From: Nitrososphaeria archaeon
Lineage (GTDB): Archaea > Thermoproteota > Nitrososphaeria > Geothermarchaeales > JDFR-13
NCBI GenBank assembly: GCA_027078545.1
Contig: JALWXN010000004.1
Span: 800,001-864,000, forward strand
Length of the DNA: 64,000 nt
Direction: 5' to 3'
Both the position numbers and the translations under genes were made by a program. Below are positions 39,784-49,386 of this stretch, in pieces (within the stretch, counting starts at the first letter, position 1; every line of letters starts with the position of its first letter). The notes under the pieces were generated by a model that saw nothing but the letters and a program-made list of their open reading frames with translations, searched no databases and was not told where the DNA came from.

Positions 39784-41035
39784 GTATCTCTACCGCCCGG
39801 CTATACCTAACATTCCCCTCCCTAACCATCTTCTCAGCCACGAGGTCGATCAACTCGCCCTCGGCCCCAGCCATGACCGCCAGGTTACGTGCATGCAACT
39901 TCATATGACCCCTCTGTATCCCCTCGGTGGCCAACGCCCTTATAGCGGCAAGGTTCTGCGCCAAGCCGACGGCACCCATGATCTCGGCGAGCTCCTTGGC
40001 AGTAGAGACACCCATTATCTTCAGGGCGATCCTAGCTATTGGATGAACCTTCACGGCACCCCCCACTATGCCCACCGGCATCGGCATCTCGAGGGTACCC
40101 ACGAGGTCTCCATTAGCATCCTTCTCCCACCTACTTAGGGAGGTGTAGACCCCGCTCCTCGCAGCGTAGGAATGGGCACCGGCCTCGATAGCTCTATGAT
40201 CTTGCCCCGTGGCGAGGGCCACCGCTATTACACCGTTCAGGATCCCCTTGTTATGGGTGGCTGCCCTATATGGATCCGCCTCGGCGAAGGCTGACGCGGC
40301 CACTATCCTATCAACCACATCCTCCCCACCTAGGACATCCTTCCTCACCCTCCCCCTCACCCTCACGAGCCTCCTATCAGCGAGGTTGGAGAGTATCCTG
40401 AGTAGCACCCTCCCACCAGTGATCTCCTCGATGATGGGTGCCACAGCCTCGCACATCGTGTTGACCGCGTTGGCCCCCATAGCGTCCCTAACATCGACGT
40501 AGAGGTGGACTATGAGCATGGGCCCTACCCTGGAGCCTATGATCCTGACGTCGAGGTCTTTAGCCCCTCCACCAAGCTTGGTGAGGGTCTTGCTCTGCTG
40601 GTTAGCCACCCTCAAGATCCCCTCCCTATGCCTATAGATGTCCACCCTTGCCCTCCAGGGGTCAGGCACATCTAGGACCTGTATCTGGCCGATCATCACC
40701 GGATCGGTGGCTATCGAGATTATCCCCTCCCCATCCCTCATCATCCTAGCCGCGTTGCTCGCCGCAGCCACCACTGAGGACTCCTCTATAACCATTGGTA
40801 TGAGGACATCCCTACCATTCACCCTGAAGTTCACCGCTATACCAAGGGGGTAGGGCATAGCACCCACTACATTCTCGATCATCACGTCCAGCGTCTTAGG
40901 ATCCACGTGGCCGAAGCTCCTAAGCATCCTCTTCTCCTCCTCGGTGAGACCGACCAGCTCCGCCACCTTATCTAGACGCTCCTCCATACTGAGCTTGTAG
41001 AAGCCGGGTATCCTACTGCTGTACATCCCAACCAC
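39758..41035 (-). CDS. hydroxymethylglutaryl-CoA reductase, class II
   Basis: MIENVVG, EESSVVAA, DAMGAN, RAATHNKG, GIQRGHMKLH. Confidence 0.95.
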   Translation of the reverse strand: MVGMYSSRIPGFYKLSMEERLDKVAELVGLTEEEKRMLRSFGHVDPKTLDVMIENVVGAMPYPLGIAVNFRVNGRDVLIPMVIEESSVVAAASNAARMMRDGEGIISIATDPVMIGQIQVLDVPDPWRARVDIYRHREGILRVANQQSKTLTKLGGGAKDLDVRIIGSRVGPMLIVHLYVDVRDAMGANAVNTMCEAVAPIIEEITGGRVLLRILSNLADRRLVRVRGRVRKDVLGGEDVVDRIVAASAFAEADPYRAATHNKGILNGVIAVALATGQDHRAIEAGAHSYAARSGVYTSLSRWEKDANGDLVGTLEMPMPVGIVGGAVKVHPIARIALKIMGVSTAKELAEIMGAVGLAQNLAAIRALATEGIQRGHMKLHARNLAVMAGAEGELIDLVAEKMVREGNVRYSRAVEILEELRRNM

Positions 41036-41069
41036 ACAGAACTATTTTATTGCGACTAGGTATGAATAG

Positions 41070-41519
41070 CTAGTCCGCAACGACTACGATCTTCTCACCA
41101 GAGTCAAGTCTTACCGAGCCGGTCCATATATAGACGCCGCCGCCAGACTCTACACGCACCTCCTCCAAGACGCCGCCGACCCTCATGTCTATCGCGACGA
41201 CCCTATACCCATCATATTCCAGGCCTAGATCATCGATGACATATGGCGAGTAGAGGTAATAGTCCTCCCCATCAATGACCAGGACCACCCTATCCACCCT
41301 CTCCACAGGTGCCACGACAACGATTACTGCTGGGGTCGCCTGGAGGGCCAGCTCCCTGGAAGGGTATCCCAAGCCGTCGGAGGGGCCCACGCCATCGCCT
41401 CCCTCCTCACCAACCCCATAAACCTGGTCACCCGGGGCACCAGAGAGGTATATCGAGATGTATATAACCGCCCCGGATAGGACTAGGCCCAGTATAATCG
41501 GTAGGATGAGCTCCCTCAT
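41070..41519 (-). CDS. membrane-anchored hypothetical protein
   Basis: N-terminal TM, Gly/acidic linker, beta-rich domain. Confidence 0.6.
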   Translation of the reverse strand: MRELILPIILGLVLSGAVIYISIYLSGAPGDQVYGVGEEGGDGVGPSDGLGYPSRELALQATPAVIVVVAPVERVDRVVLVIDGEDYYLYSPYVIDDLGLEYDGYRVVAIDMRVGGVLEEVRVESGGGVYIWTGSVRLDSGEKIVVVAD

Positions 41520-41560
41520 ACCCTATCGATAATCTATGGGGCCCGTCACGAAATAAGGAA

Positions 41561-41579
41561 AAGTTTTTGAACATTACAG
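41561..41579 (-). promoter_or_regulatory. putative regulator site CTGTAATGTTCAAAAACTT
   Basis: near-copy of the 42050 motif, 42 nt upstream of the 41519 start. Confidence 0.5.
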
Positions 41580-41582
41580 TGC

Positions 41583-42002
41583 CTAGACGTAGAGCCTCCT
41601 ATAGCTACGGAGAGCCTCGAATAGGGATATCGTGGCCCCCACGAGGGAGGCCATGAGGGATATATACCAATAGGCCTGGCCCGGTGAGGGGAATAGGAGG
41701 CTGTAGACCAGGATCACCAGGAAGAAGACGGATAGAAAGAGGAGGCGTGGCACGATATACCTACCCATAAAGACGAAGTCCCGTAGATAGTCTATCTTCA
41801 CATCCCTCCTCACATAGTAGTCCCCATACCTCTTCTCCAGGAGCCCCATATGGACGAGCTTGTCGAGATGGTAGTAAGCGTGGCTAGGGCTCTTCATACC
41901 CATACCACGCATAACCTCACGGACACCCACCTTATCCTTCCCAGTCCTGAGGATGTAGAGATAGACCCTGAGCGTCGTGCCCTGGAGATCCTCCATACCC
42001 AC
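41583..42002 (-). CDS. winged-HTH regulator with two C-terminal TM helices
   Basis: TTLRVYLYIL, VGVREV, SPSHAYYHLDKLVHMGLL, then two hydrophobic helices. Confidence 0.8.
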   Translation of the reverse strand: MGMEDLQGTTLRVYLYILRTGKDKVGVREVMRGMGMKSPSHAYYHLDKLVHMGLLEKRYGDYYVRRDVKIDYLRDFVFMGRYIVPRLLFLSVFFLVILVYSLLFPSPGQAYWYISLMASLVGATISLFEALRSYRRLYV

Positions 42003-42049
42003 TTAAATATGTGGCTCCCCTCAAAGTATATATTCTCCTCAGGCCGGAG

Positions 42050-42068
42050 CTGTGATGTTCAAACCTTT
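42050..42068 (+). promoter_or_regulatory. putative regulator site CTGTGATGTTCAAACCTTT
   Basis: near-copy of the 41561 motif, 43 nt upstream of the 42111 start. Confidence 0.5.
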
Positions 42069-42110
42069 AGACCCAAATCCCCTTGCTGCATAGATTGCTA
42101 ATGGGGGAAC

Positions 42111-43883
42111 ATGTTAGGGAGGATACTGGGTGTCGCCCTCATAACGGCCCTACTCCTGGGTATGGGCCTCACCCTACTAGAGACCATGTATAGCTCTGCA
42201 CCTGATAGCGGCGTTGTGGGGGATGGGAGGTGGTACTTAGTCTCCTACCTAGCCCCCGCATCGAGTGTCGATGAGGTCTTAGAGAGGATATCCATCTCTA
42301 CTATTCTGATCCCAACCAGGACGACTCGGGGTATACTCGAGTCGGCTACACCGACGGCCTTGGCGGACTATAGCAGGACGAATGTCCAGGTATTAGGTGT
42401 GGACGAGCCCGACGTCGTCAAGACGGATGGACGTTTCCTATATATGGCTGGGTGGAGTGGATTCGGGGGCTCCTACATATTCATCTATAGCCTAGGCGAG
42501 GAGCCGGGACACGTCTCCACCATAAAGCTTGTCAACGAGAGTGTCTCCGAGATCATACTGGCGGGGGAGAAGCTCATAGCCATTTCACACCTATGGATAC
42601 CCCTGGACAAGCTGGAGATGGAGATGCGTATACTGTTCTACGGATACACCTCGGTCAGGATATTCGACGTCTCCAACCCATGGGAGCCTAGGGAGCTTAT
42701 CAACATGACCTTCTATGGCGACTATATAGATGCGAGGCTATACATGGATAGGCTCTACATATTCACCTACATCTTCAACCCGGTGAAGACTGTTGCCGAG
42801 GACATCCTTGAGAGGGGAAGGGTATACCTAAACACCTGGGGAGAGATGGTCCACCCAGGGCTCTGGGGCGTACATGTATACAGCCTAGACGAGATGGAGC
42901 TAGTGGAGAAACATGTAGAGGCGGGGCCGGGAACGGTATACATGACGTACGACTCGATCTACCTAGTGACCACAATCTACCAGAGATCAGTGATAACCCC
43001 ACTGGTACGGGGAGACGCTGAGATAAGGTTCAGGCCGGACATGCCTAGGACCGAGATAGTCAAGATAAGGATTATGGATAGTGGAGTAGAACCAGTCGGC
43101 TCGGTAATCCTGGAGGGGAGGGTAGGGGATAGGCTCAGGGTGGACGAGTACCGCGGCTACCTCAGAGTGGCTGTCCACCTACCAGTGGGGATCGGCTGGT
43201 CAGAGTGGGAGACTGCGATCTATGTCCTAGACTCTGATAGCCTAAGGCCAGTAGGATATATCGGCGGCCTAGGCAGGGGCGAGATGCTCTACGGAGTCCG
43301 GTTCCTAGGCAGATATGCATACCTAGTCACATTCAGGGTTATAGATCCCTTCTACGTAGTAGACCTAGGAATACCGACCAACCCGGCGGTACTAGGAGTC
43401 CTGAAGATACCTGGCTTCAGCACCCTCCTCCAGCCACTATGGAACGGACTCGTACTGGGCATTGGATACAACGCTACTGAGGAGGGCAGGGTTACGGGGC
43501 TAAAGGCGAGTATCTACGACGTCACAAACCCACTCATCCCTAGAGAGTTGGTTGCCATCCCGCTCGACGCTGACTGGACAGAGGCCCTCTTCAACATCAA
43601 CGCGTTAACCCTAGACCCCAGGAGAGGAATAGCCATAGTACCTATGAAGGAGTACCTAGGAAGGAGCTACGAGGTAGCGGCACTAGTAATCGACACTGGA
43701 TCACCACGGATAGAGACGATATCCTACCGCGTAGAGTGTGGACATGCCTGCATATACAGCCTGCACTGGGTAAGGAGTGTATATGCAGGTCAATACCTCT
43801 ACCTGATAGGCATGGATAGAATCGGCGTTTTCACATATCCGGGATTAGACGAAGTGGGGATATTCGAGATATCAGGTAAATAA
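42111..43883 (+). CDS. secreted beta-propeller domain protein (Beta_propel family)
   Basis: YSRTNVQVLGVDEPDVVKTDG, YLVTFRVIDPFYVVDL, LKIPGFS. Confidence 0.9.
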   Translation: MLGRILGVALITALLLGMGLTLLETMYSSAPDSGVVGDGRWYLVSYLAPASSVDEVLERISISTILIPTRTTRGILESATPTALADYSRTNVQVLGVDEPDVVKTDGRFLYMAGWSGFGGSYIFIYSLGEEPGHVSTIKLVNESVSEIILAGEKLIAISHLWIPLDKLEMEMRILFYGYTSVRIFDVSNPWEPRELINMTFYGDYIDARLYMDRLYIFTYIFNPVKTVAEDILERGRVYLNTWGEMVHPGLWGVHVYSLDEMELVEKHVEAGPGTVYMTYDSIYLVTTIYQRSVITPLVRGDAEIRFRPDMPRTEIVKIRIMDSGVEPVGSVILEGRVGDRLRVDEYRGYLRVAVHLPVGIGWSEWETAIYVLDSDSLRPVGYIGGLGRGEMLYGVRFLGRYAYLVTFRVIDPFYVVDLGIPTNPAVLGVLKIPGFSTLLQPLWNGLVLGIGYNATEEGRVTGLKASIYDVTNPLIPRELVAIPLDADWTEALFNINALTLDPRRGIAIVPMKEYLGRSYEVAALVIDTGSPRIETISYRVECGHACIYSLHWVRSVYAGQYLYLIGMDRIGVFTYPGLDEVGIFEISGK

Positions 43884-43999
43884 AAGGAGATTCCTTATCC
43901 AGGAGAAATCATTTTTCCCGTTTTTCCAAATTTTTTAGGTTATCGCCTAAACCCTTAAATAGGATGCCCACGATGAGGATATATGCGGAGGTGGGGGCC

Positions 44000-44413
44000 A
44001 TGTCCAAGGAGGTGGAGAGGACTAAGGCCGATAAGGCTGAGGAGGAGCTCAGGACACTCTTCGGACAGGCCGAGAGCCTCCGACAGCAGATCAACACCCT
44101 CGACACCACGATCCTCGACATAGCAACGGTCATAGAGACCCTAGACTTCATAAAGGACAACGGCAAGGACAAGACCGTCCTAGTCCCAATCGGGGCGGGT
44201 AACTTCATAAGGGCTAGGATAGTGGATACCCAGAACGTTATAATGGGTGTCGGGGGGAGGCTAAGCATAGAGGCGAACATCGAGGAGGCCAGGAAGGTCC
44301 TCACAGAGAGGATGAAGGTTCTCGAGGATCTAAGGCTCGACCTTAGGAGGAGGCTCGAGGAGATCAACGCCAGGATAAGCAAGCTGGTGAGCGAGATCCA
44401 GCAGAAGGCCTAG
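44000..44413 (+). CDS. pfdA: prefoldin subunit alpha
   Basis: coiled coils flank VLVPIGAG...VIMGVGGRLSIE; GGAGGTG RBS before 44000. Confidence 0.92.
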   Translation: MSKEVERTKADKAEEELRTLFGQAESLRQQINTLDTTILDIATVIETLDFIKDNGKDKTVLVPIGAGNFIRARIVDTQNVIMGVGGRLSIEANIEEARKVLTERMKVLEDLRLDLRRRLEEINARISKLVSEIQQKA

Positions 44414-44458
44414 TTGTCTCCACCCACCCCACCTTTTTCCCCAGCCCTGGTGCCCCCT

Positions 44459-44668
44459 ATGGAGAGGAGCCTGGAGGATGAGGTTAGGGAGCTGAGGACT
44501 GCTATAAGGCTTATAGAGAGTGGGGAGGCTAGGGAGATATTCCTCGTATTCGGTGGGAAGGTATATATAGAGGCTGGGAGGGAGGAGGCCCTCCAATACC
44601 TTAGGAGGCGGTTGGAGGCGCTTGAGGCCTGGCTCAGGAGAGGAGCCTCCTCTTCAGGCCGAGCTTGA
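44459..44668 (+). CDS. small prefoldin-beta-like protein
   Basis: ELRTAIRLIE-EIFLVFGGKVYIE-REEALQYLRRRLEALE, i.e. helix, single hairpin, helix. Confidence 0.5.
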   Translation: MERSLEDEVRELRTAIRLIESGEAREIFLVFGGKVYIEAGREEALQYLRRRLEALEAWLRRGASSSGRA

Positions 44669-45923
44669 AGCTTATCTTCATAGTCAGTATCCTCTCGCTC
44701 TCAAACATTTTCGCCAGCACCACCATCACTATCACTAGCCAGACGATGTTGACTATTATCCCCACGACGTACATCTCATACCTACCTATGACCAGGTATT
44801 CGAAGGACTTCATCAGGTATACATAGGGGATGCTGAAGTAGACCATCCTGGCATAGTCTGGGAGTAGTGAGAGGTCTATGAGGGCTCCCAATAGGATGAT
44901 CATCATGATCGGCATCGAGACGGTTGCCGCTACACCCTCAGCGGTCTTGGTATCCTGTGTGAAGAGTGATACTAGCAGTCCTATACCACCAGTTATCAAT
45001 ACTGTTAGGAAGAAGAGGAGGGTTAGGAGTAGGAGGACCTCTGGCCTAAGGCTTATCGACAGACTCTCCTCGATGATGTCTAGGCCCTCACCACCCGTAA
45101 CGGTGAACCTCGTGCCGAAGCCCAGCATAGCCACGTAGATGAGGAATCCCGCGGCATATGCAGCTGTGGCGGCGAAGGCCACTATCATACTACCCATAAT
45201 CTTCTCTAGAGCCAAGATCTTCCTATCGATGGGTAGGGTTAGGAGGGTCTCCAGCGTCTTATACTCCTTCTCCTCGCTGAGCATCGCGGCTGATACCTGT
45301 AGTATGCTGACTACGAGGCCGAAGACGACCCATGGCATTATGAATATCTGTATGAACAGGCTCGCCAGCTGCTGGGAGGGGAGCTCCATCCCCCAGTCCT
45401 CAACCCTGACATACACATCTGTGGAGAAGATGTCGTTGAGGAAGTCCGCATCTAGTCCGGCCTCTATCATCGCCTCCCTCCTCAGGTATGCCTCGAAGCC
45501 CGCCACCAGCCTGTTACCAATGTCTAGGACGCCCATAGAGCTGAAGGATACGCTCCCAATCCTCACCTTGATCTCTATACTACCCCTCTCCCCCGAGAGG
45601 TATGACTCGGTCAGGTTCTCAGGCAAGATGAACAGAACTACATAGTCAAGCCCATCTATCTGGCTGGGATCCACCAGCTCAACCGTTATGTTCCTATCCT
45701 GTAGATACTGTATAAACTTCTGGGAGACCTCGTCCTGGTCAAGATCCACCACGTATACTGTTAGGGTGGCTATCCTCTCCTGGGCAGTCTGGAAGCCCAG
45801 GTTGTATAGATAGCCTATGGCCGGGAAGATTATGAGTGGGAAGAGTACTGTGAATACTATATACCTCGGGTTCCTAAATGTCTCCTTAATCTCTTTCTTA
45901 ACAAGCTCCCATAGAAGGTTCAT
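44634..45923 (-). CDS. ABC transporter permease (NatB-like)
   Basis: LVKKEIKE, VVDLD, EEKEYKTLETLLTLPI. Confidence 0.9.
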   Translation of the reverse strand: MNLLWELVKKEIKETFRNPRYIVFTVLFPLIIFPAIGYLYNLGFQTAQERIATLTVYVVDLDQDEVSQKFIQYLQDRNITVELVDPSQIDGLDYVVLFILPENLTESYLSGERGSIEIKVRIGSVSFSSMGVLDIGNRLVAGFEAYLRREAMIEAGLDADFLNDIFSTDVYVRVEDWGMELPSQQLASLFIQIFIMPWVVFGLVVSILQVSAAMLSEEKEYKTLETLLTLPIDRKILALEKIMGSMIVAFAATAAYAAGFLIYVAMLGFGTRFTVTGGEGLDIIEESLSISLRPEVLLLLTLLFFLTVLITGGIGLLVSLFTQDTKTAEGVAATVSMPIMMIILLGALIDLSLLPDYARMVYFSIPYVYLMKSFEYLVIGRYEMYVVGIIVNIVWLVIVMVVLAKMFESERILTMKISFKLGLKRRLLS

Positions 45924-46639
45924 ACACCCCTCACCAGGTTCGTGAAGACCTCCTCAAGGTTCTCCCCACCATAGCGCTCCTTCAACTCCTGTGGGGAGCC
46001 CTCGGCTATCAGCCTACCGTTGGATATGATTCCTATCTCGTCGCAGAGATACTCCACCTCGAGCATGTTGTGGCTGGATAGGAGTATCGTGACACCCTCC
46101 CCATTGATCCTCTTAATCATACGCCTAATCTCAGTCGCATAGACTACGTCCATCCCCGATGTAGGCTCGTCTAGGATGGCCAGCTTCGGTAGGGTCATCA
46201 AGGCCCTGGCTAGGAGGAGGCGTCTAAGCATACCCTTGCTATACTCCCCAATCTTACTATATATCCTACCGCCTAGGCCGGCAAGCTCGACACCCCTCTC
46301 AACATACTCCCTATACCCGTCGCCTGCGTAGATCTTGGCCATAAGCTCGAGGTATTCATAGCCCGTGAGGTGTTTATAGGCACCCGCCTCCTCGGGGAGA
46401 TAGCTTATTATACGTCTAACCTTATCCGCCTCCCCAACCACGTCATACCCAAATACGGAGACCCTCCCAGACGTCGGCTTCAGGAGGGTAGCTATTATCC
46501 TCAGGGTGGTTGATTTACCAGCCCCGTTGGGGCCTATGAGGCCATAGATCATACCCTCCTCCACACGGAAGGATATACCGTTTACCGCCACGAAGTTCCC
46601 ATACTTCTTCACGAGGTTCTCGACCTTAACCGCTTCCAT
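45920..46639 (-). CDS. ABC transporter ATP-binding protein
   Basis: GPNGAGKST, YSKGM, ILDEPT, SSH. Confidence 0.95.
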   Translation of the reverse strand: MEAVKVENLVKKYGNFVAVNGISFRVEEGMIYGLIGPNGAGKSTTLRIIATLLKPTSGRVSVFGYDVVGEADKVRRIISYLPEEAGAYKHLTGYEYLELMAKIYAGDGYREYVERGVELAGLGGRIYSKIGEYSKGMLRRLLLARALMTLPKLAILDEPTSGMDVVYATEIRRMIKRINGEGVTILLSSHNMLEVEYLCDEIGIISNGRLIAEGSPQELKERYGGENLEEVFTNLVRGV

Positions 46640-46673
46640 ATCCCTTTCACCAGCCTAGTAATGATTGACTGGT

Positions 46674-47522
46674 TTACGACGATATATACCTTAGGATATT
46701 GTCTAGACTCGCCTCACCCCTTAGGAACCTGTCGAGCCTGGAGAGGCCTTCAAGACCTATCATCACCAGCTCCCTCTCCATATCACCCAGCCTCTCATCG
46801 ATCCCCCTAAGGATGAGGAGGGCCGCCCCCACGAATACCCTGGCTCCAAACCTCTTCCTGAAGTAGTCCCTCAGGATAGGTAGGCTACTAGCCTCCATCT
46901 CAGTGGCCAGCACACCCATATCCCTCATTGCGCCATACCTCCTCCTAGACTCCTCCCCCTGTGGAGAGTTGTGGAAACCCTCCTGGAAGTATAGATCGTC
47001 CTTCGTCTCAACCTTCCCGAGGAATAGGTTCCTCCCCAATACCCAGCCGCGGGAGACGGCTGAGTCTAGGAGGGATAGATAGACAGCCGGATCCATATCC
47101 GCCGGGTAGCCTGGGAATATGATGTGGCTAGTCCCCGCCTCGTTCCTCACCACGGATGATGCTACGACTATGGAGTATCTAGGGATGTCCTGGAGCGCCC
47201 CAGCCGTCCCAAGCCTAACCATATATGCCTGCCCCACCCCATCAGAGATCTTCTTCAATGCCTCCGTGACGCCTATAAGTGCTGAGCCGATCCCCATACC
47301 AGTGGTGAAGCCGAATATCTTTATATCGCCGTAGTACCCCGATACCCAGTTGAGACGCTCACCACCACGCCTAACATCCTCGAGCAGTTCACCTAGGATC
47401 TCGAGCCTCCTCCTAGACCCCATCGTCAGGATATAGGTGGATAGCTCGTCGCCACGTATACCTAGGTGGTACGTCCTCCCATCACCATACTCGAATATAA
47501 GTCCCTCGAATATCCTATCCAA
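46674..47522 (-). CDS. nucleoside phosphorylase (uridine phosphorylase-like, PNP_UDP_1)
   Basis: YHLGI, TTGMGIGS, RLGTAGAL, EMEASS. Confidence 0.85.
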   Translation of the reverse strand: MDRIFEGLIFEYGDGRTYHLGIRGDELSTYILTMGSRRRLEILGELLEDVRRGGERLNWVSGYYGDIKIFGFTTGMGIGSALIGVTEALKKISDGVGQAYMVRLGTAGALQDIPRYSIVVASSVVRNEAGTSHIIFPGYPADMDPAVYLSLLDSAVSRGWVLGRNLFLGKVETKDDLYFQEGFHNSPQGEESRRRYGAMRDMGVLATEMEASSLPILRDYFRKRFGARVFVGAALLILRGIDERLGDMERELVMIGLEGLSRLDRFLRGEASLDNILRYISS

Positions 47523-47570
47523 GGCGGGTCACCACGGCATACTATATTATCCATACCACCCCCGTATAAC

Positions 47571-48911
47571 TCATCTCCTCTTGACGTTGATCCTTGCGAA
47601 GCCGCTCATAACCTCTCCGCTGAATACGTTGTCATTCCCATCCCTATACTTCGGCGGGACATTCCTACCATCTAGGGAGACGCTTACATATCCACTCCTA
47701 ACATCTATGTCGAATTCTACACCCTTCTTGTAGACCGCTGCGTCGAGGCTTAGGAAACCGTTCCTAAGGTTTATGCCCACGGTGTTTCCTGAATCCATGA
47801 GCCTCGAGTCTATCCTGACATAGCTATTCTCACTCTCTACTTCTAGCTTTCCGCCGTGGATAACCGGGAAGATCTCCACTGCGGAGGAGGCTATCTCCAG
47901 CTCCATCCTACGGGCCTCTATCTTCCCCTGGCTACTGAGTACACCCCTATTGATATCGATCCTGAACGATTCATAGACCCTCTCGGGCAGGGATATTATG
48001 ACGTAGGCGTTAGATGCATATACCGAGAACTCGCCCTTCTCCACCACGTATGATACGTCCGGCCTGACGTCGCTCACCCTCCACCCCACTATCCGGGGGT
48101 CACCCTTCTCTATCAGGACTCCCCCATCATGTACATGTATAGATACCTTGTTGAAACGGCCGTCATAGGTGAGCTCGAGATACTTCTCCCTACGCGCGAT
48201 CCTTCCACTCGTCTCGGGGAGTGTTGCGATGGCTGAAGACTTGGATACTACTCCCCCTAGCAGGTCGGATATGCCTGAAACTATCCCACCGATGATCTTG
48301 TCTAGGAAGTTGTCCTCGACCTTGACTATAACCGCCTCCCCCCTAAGCTCGTCCTCCCTACCAGGGTCGTACCGGACTATCCGGAAGACGTCCTCACACT
48401 TCTCCACAACGTCTTCATATAGGTAGTTGGGCGTGTATACCGTGAGGACGTCCTGTATACTCTCCACCGTCGCGTTGAATAGCTCCCTATCCATAGGGTA
48501 GATAACTAGTTTGAGGATGTCGCTGAAGACCGCCTTACGCCCCTGCTCCCTGAGCCTTCTAGCCATCCTAGGAGTATACTCCATACTCATCTTGTCGCTG
48601 AAGATCTTCAGCCTCTCCTCACCAGGCTCCGGCTCCTCCTCAGCCCTGGCCCTACCCCCATTCTCCAGCCTATCGAGTATCTCGAGGGCCTTCCTACCCA
48701 GGTCGCTCAGGCTATACTCTCCAAACTCGTTCTTCCGGAGGAGGCGGCTCATCTTCTTGAGGTGGAAGCCTAGTGTGCCAGAGTCCTCAATCCCCAGCCT
48801 CTTCATGATCTTGGTATATGTCAGGCCCGGCTCCTGGGCCAGGAGCCTAAGGATACGCCTCCGCGTATCATTGCTTATCGCCTGGAGTATATAGTCGAGG
48901 TCATCAGCCAT
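47571..48911 (-). CDS. ArsR-type HTH regulator with large C-terminal beta-repeat (DUF4097-like) domain
   Basis: AISNDTRRRILRLL, SGTLGFHLKKM, YSLSDLG; C-terminal xIxxxxGxVxI repeats. Confidence 0.8.
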   Translation of the reverse strand: MADDLDYILQAISNDTRRRILRLLAQEPGLTYTKIMKRLGIEDSGTLGFHLKKMSRLLRKNEFGEYSLSDLGRKALEILDRLENGGRARAEEEPEPGEERLKIFSDKMSMEYTPRMARRLREQGRKAVFSDILKLVIYPMDRELFNATVESIQDVLTVYTPNYLYEDVVEKCEDVFRIVRYDPGREDELRGEAVIVKVEDNFLDKIIGGIVSGISDLLGGVVSKSSAIATLPETSGRIARREKYLELTYDGRFNKVSIHVHDGGVLIEKGDPRIVGWRVSDVRPDVSYVVEKGEFSVYASNAYVIISLPERVYESFRIDINRGVLSSQGKIEARRMELEIASSAVEIFPVIHGGKLEVESENSYVRIDSRLMDSGNTVGINLRNGFLSLDAAVYKKGVEFDIDVRSGYVSVSLDGRNVPPKYRDGNDNVFSGEVMSGFARINVKRR

Positions 48912-49005
48912 CCACCACACCCAATGAGATATATAGCCTAATCGACATGGATAAGGAGTCTATCGAGAAGGCTCTACATACCCGGTAAAAAGTATGGGTA
49001 TGGGT

Positions 49006-49023
49006 TGTCGAGAAGCCTCGACA
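49006..49023. promoter_or_regulatory. palindromic operator TGTCGAG-N4-CTCGACA
   Basis: perfect 7-bp inverted repeat; second copy at 62827; degenerate copy at 48961. Confidence 0.6.
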
Positions 49024-49028
49024 GGCCA

Positions 49029-49274
49029 CTACTCCTTCTTAACACTGACCTCCTGGCCAGTCTCGGTGGGCCCAGCCTCACACGTATTGATACCAAGCAT
49101 CTTATAGAGGGCGCAGAAACCCACTGCACCAGTACCGATCATCACTAGGCCGATCAGTGCTAGGACGATCCCTATAGGCTCTGCTAGGAGGCCTGTGAAG
49201 TAGGTCCCAGCCAAGACCACCAGGCCGAAGACTATCCTGGCGGCCCTGTCAGTCTTCCCCACGTTACATTCCAT
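49029..49274 (-). CDS. DUF2892 (YgaP-like) membrane protein
   Basis: NVGKTDRAARI, GFCALY, GINTC. Confidence 0.9.
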   Translation of the reverse strand: MECNVGKTDRAARIVFGLVVLAGTYFTGLLAEPIGIVLALIGLVMIGTGAVGFCALYKMLGINTCEAGPTETGQEVSVKKE

Positions 49275-49386
49275 GTGGGGTCACCCTATAACTATACTGG
49301 GTAGATACTTAAAATACATATACCCCCCGTAGATGGTCTTCGAGGGATTTATCTATAGCTGTGGCTATGAATTGAGGGGTGGTAGG

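Noticed and set aside
41561-42068. Inverted repeats as IS/MITE ends
   Set aside because: No transposase or target-site duplication; equal spacing to two start codons fits promoter elements better
43934-43951. TTTAGG-N6-CCTAAA upstream of prefoldin as an MntR box
   Set aside because: Spacing differs from the sites at 60649-60685, and there is only one occurrence
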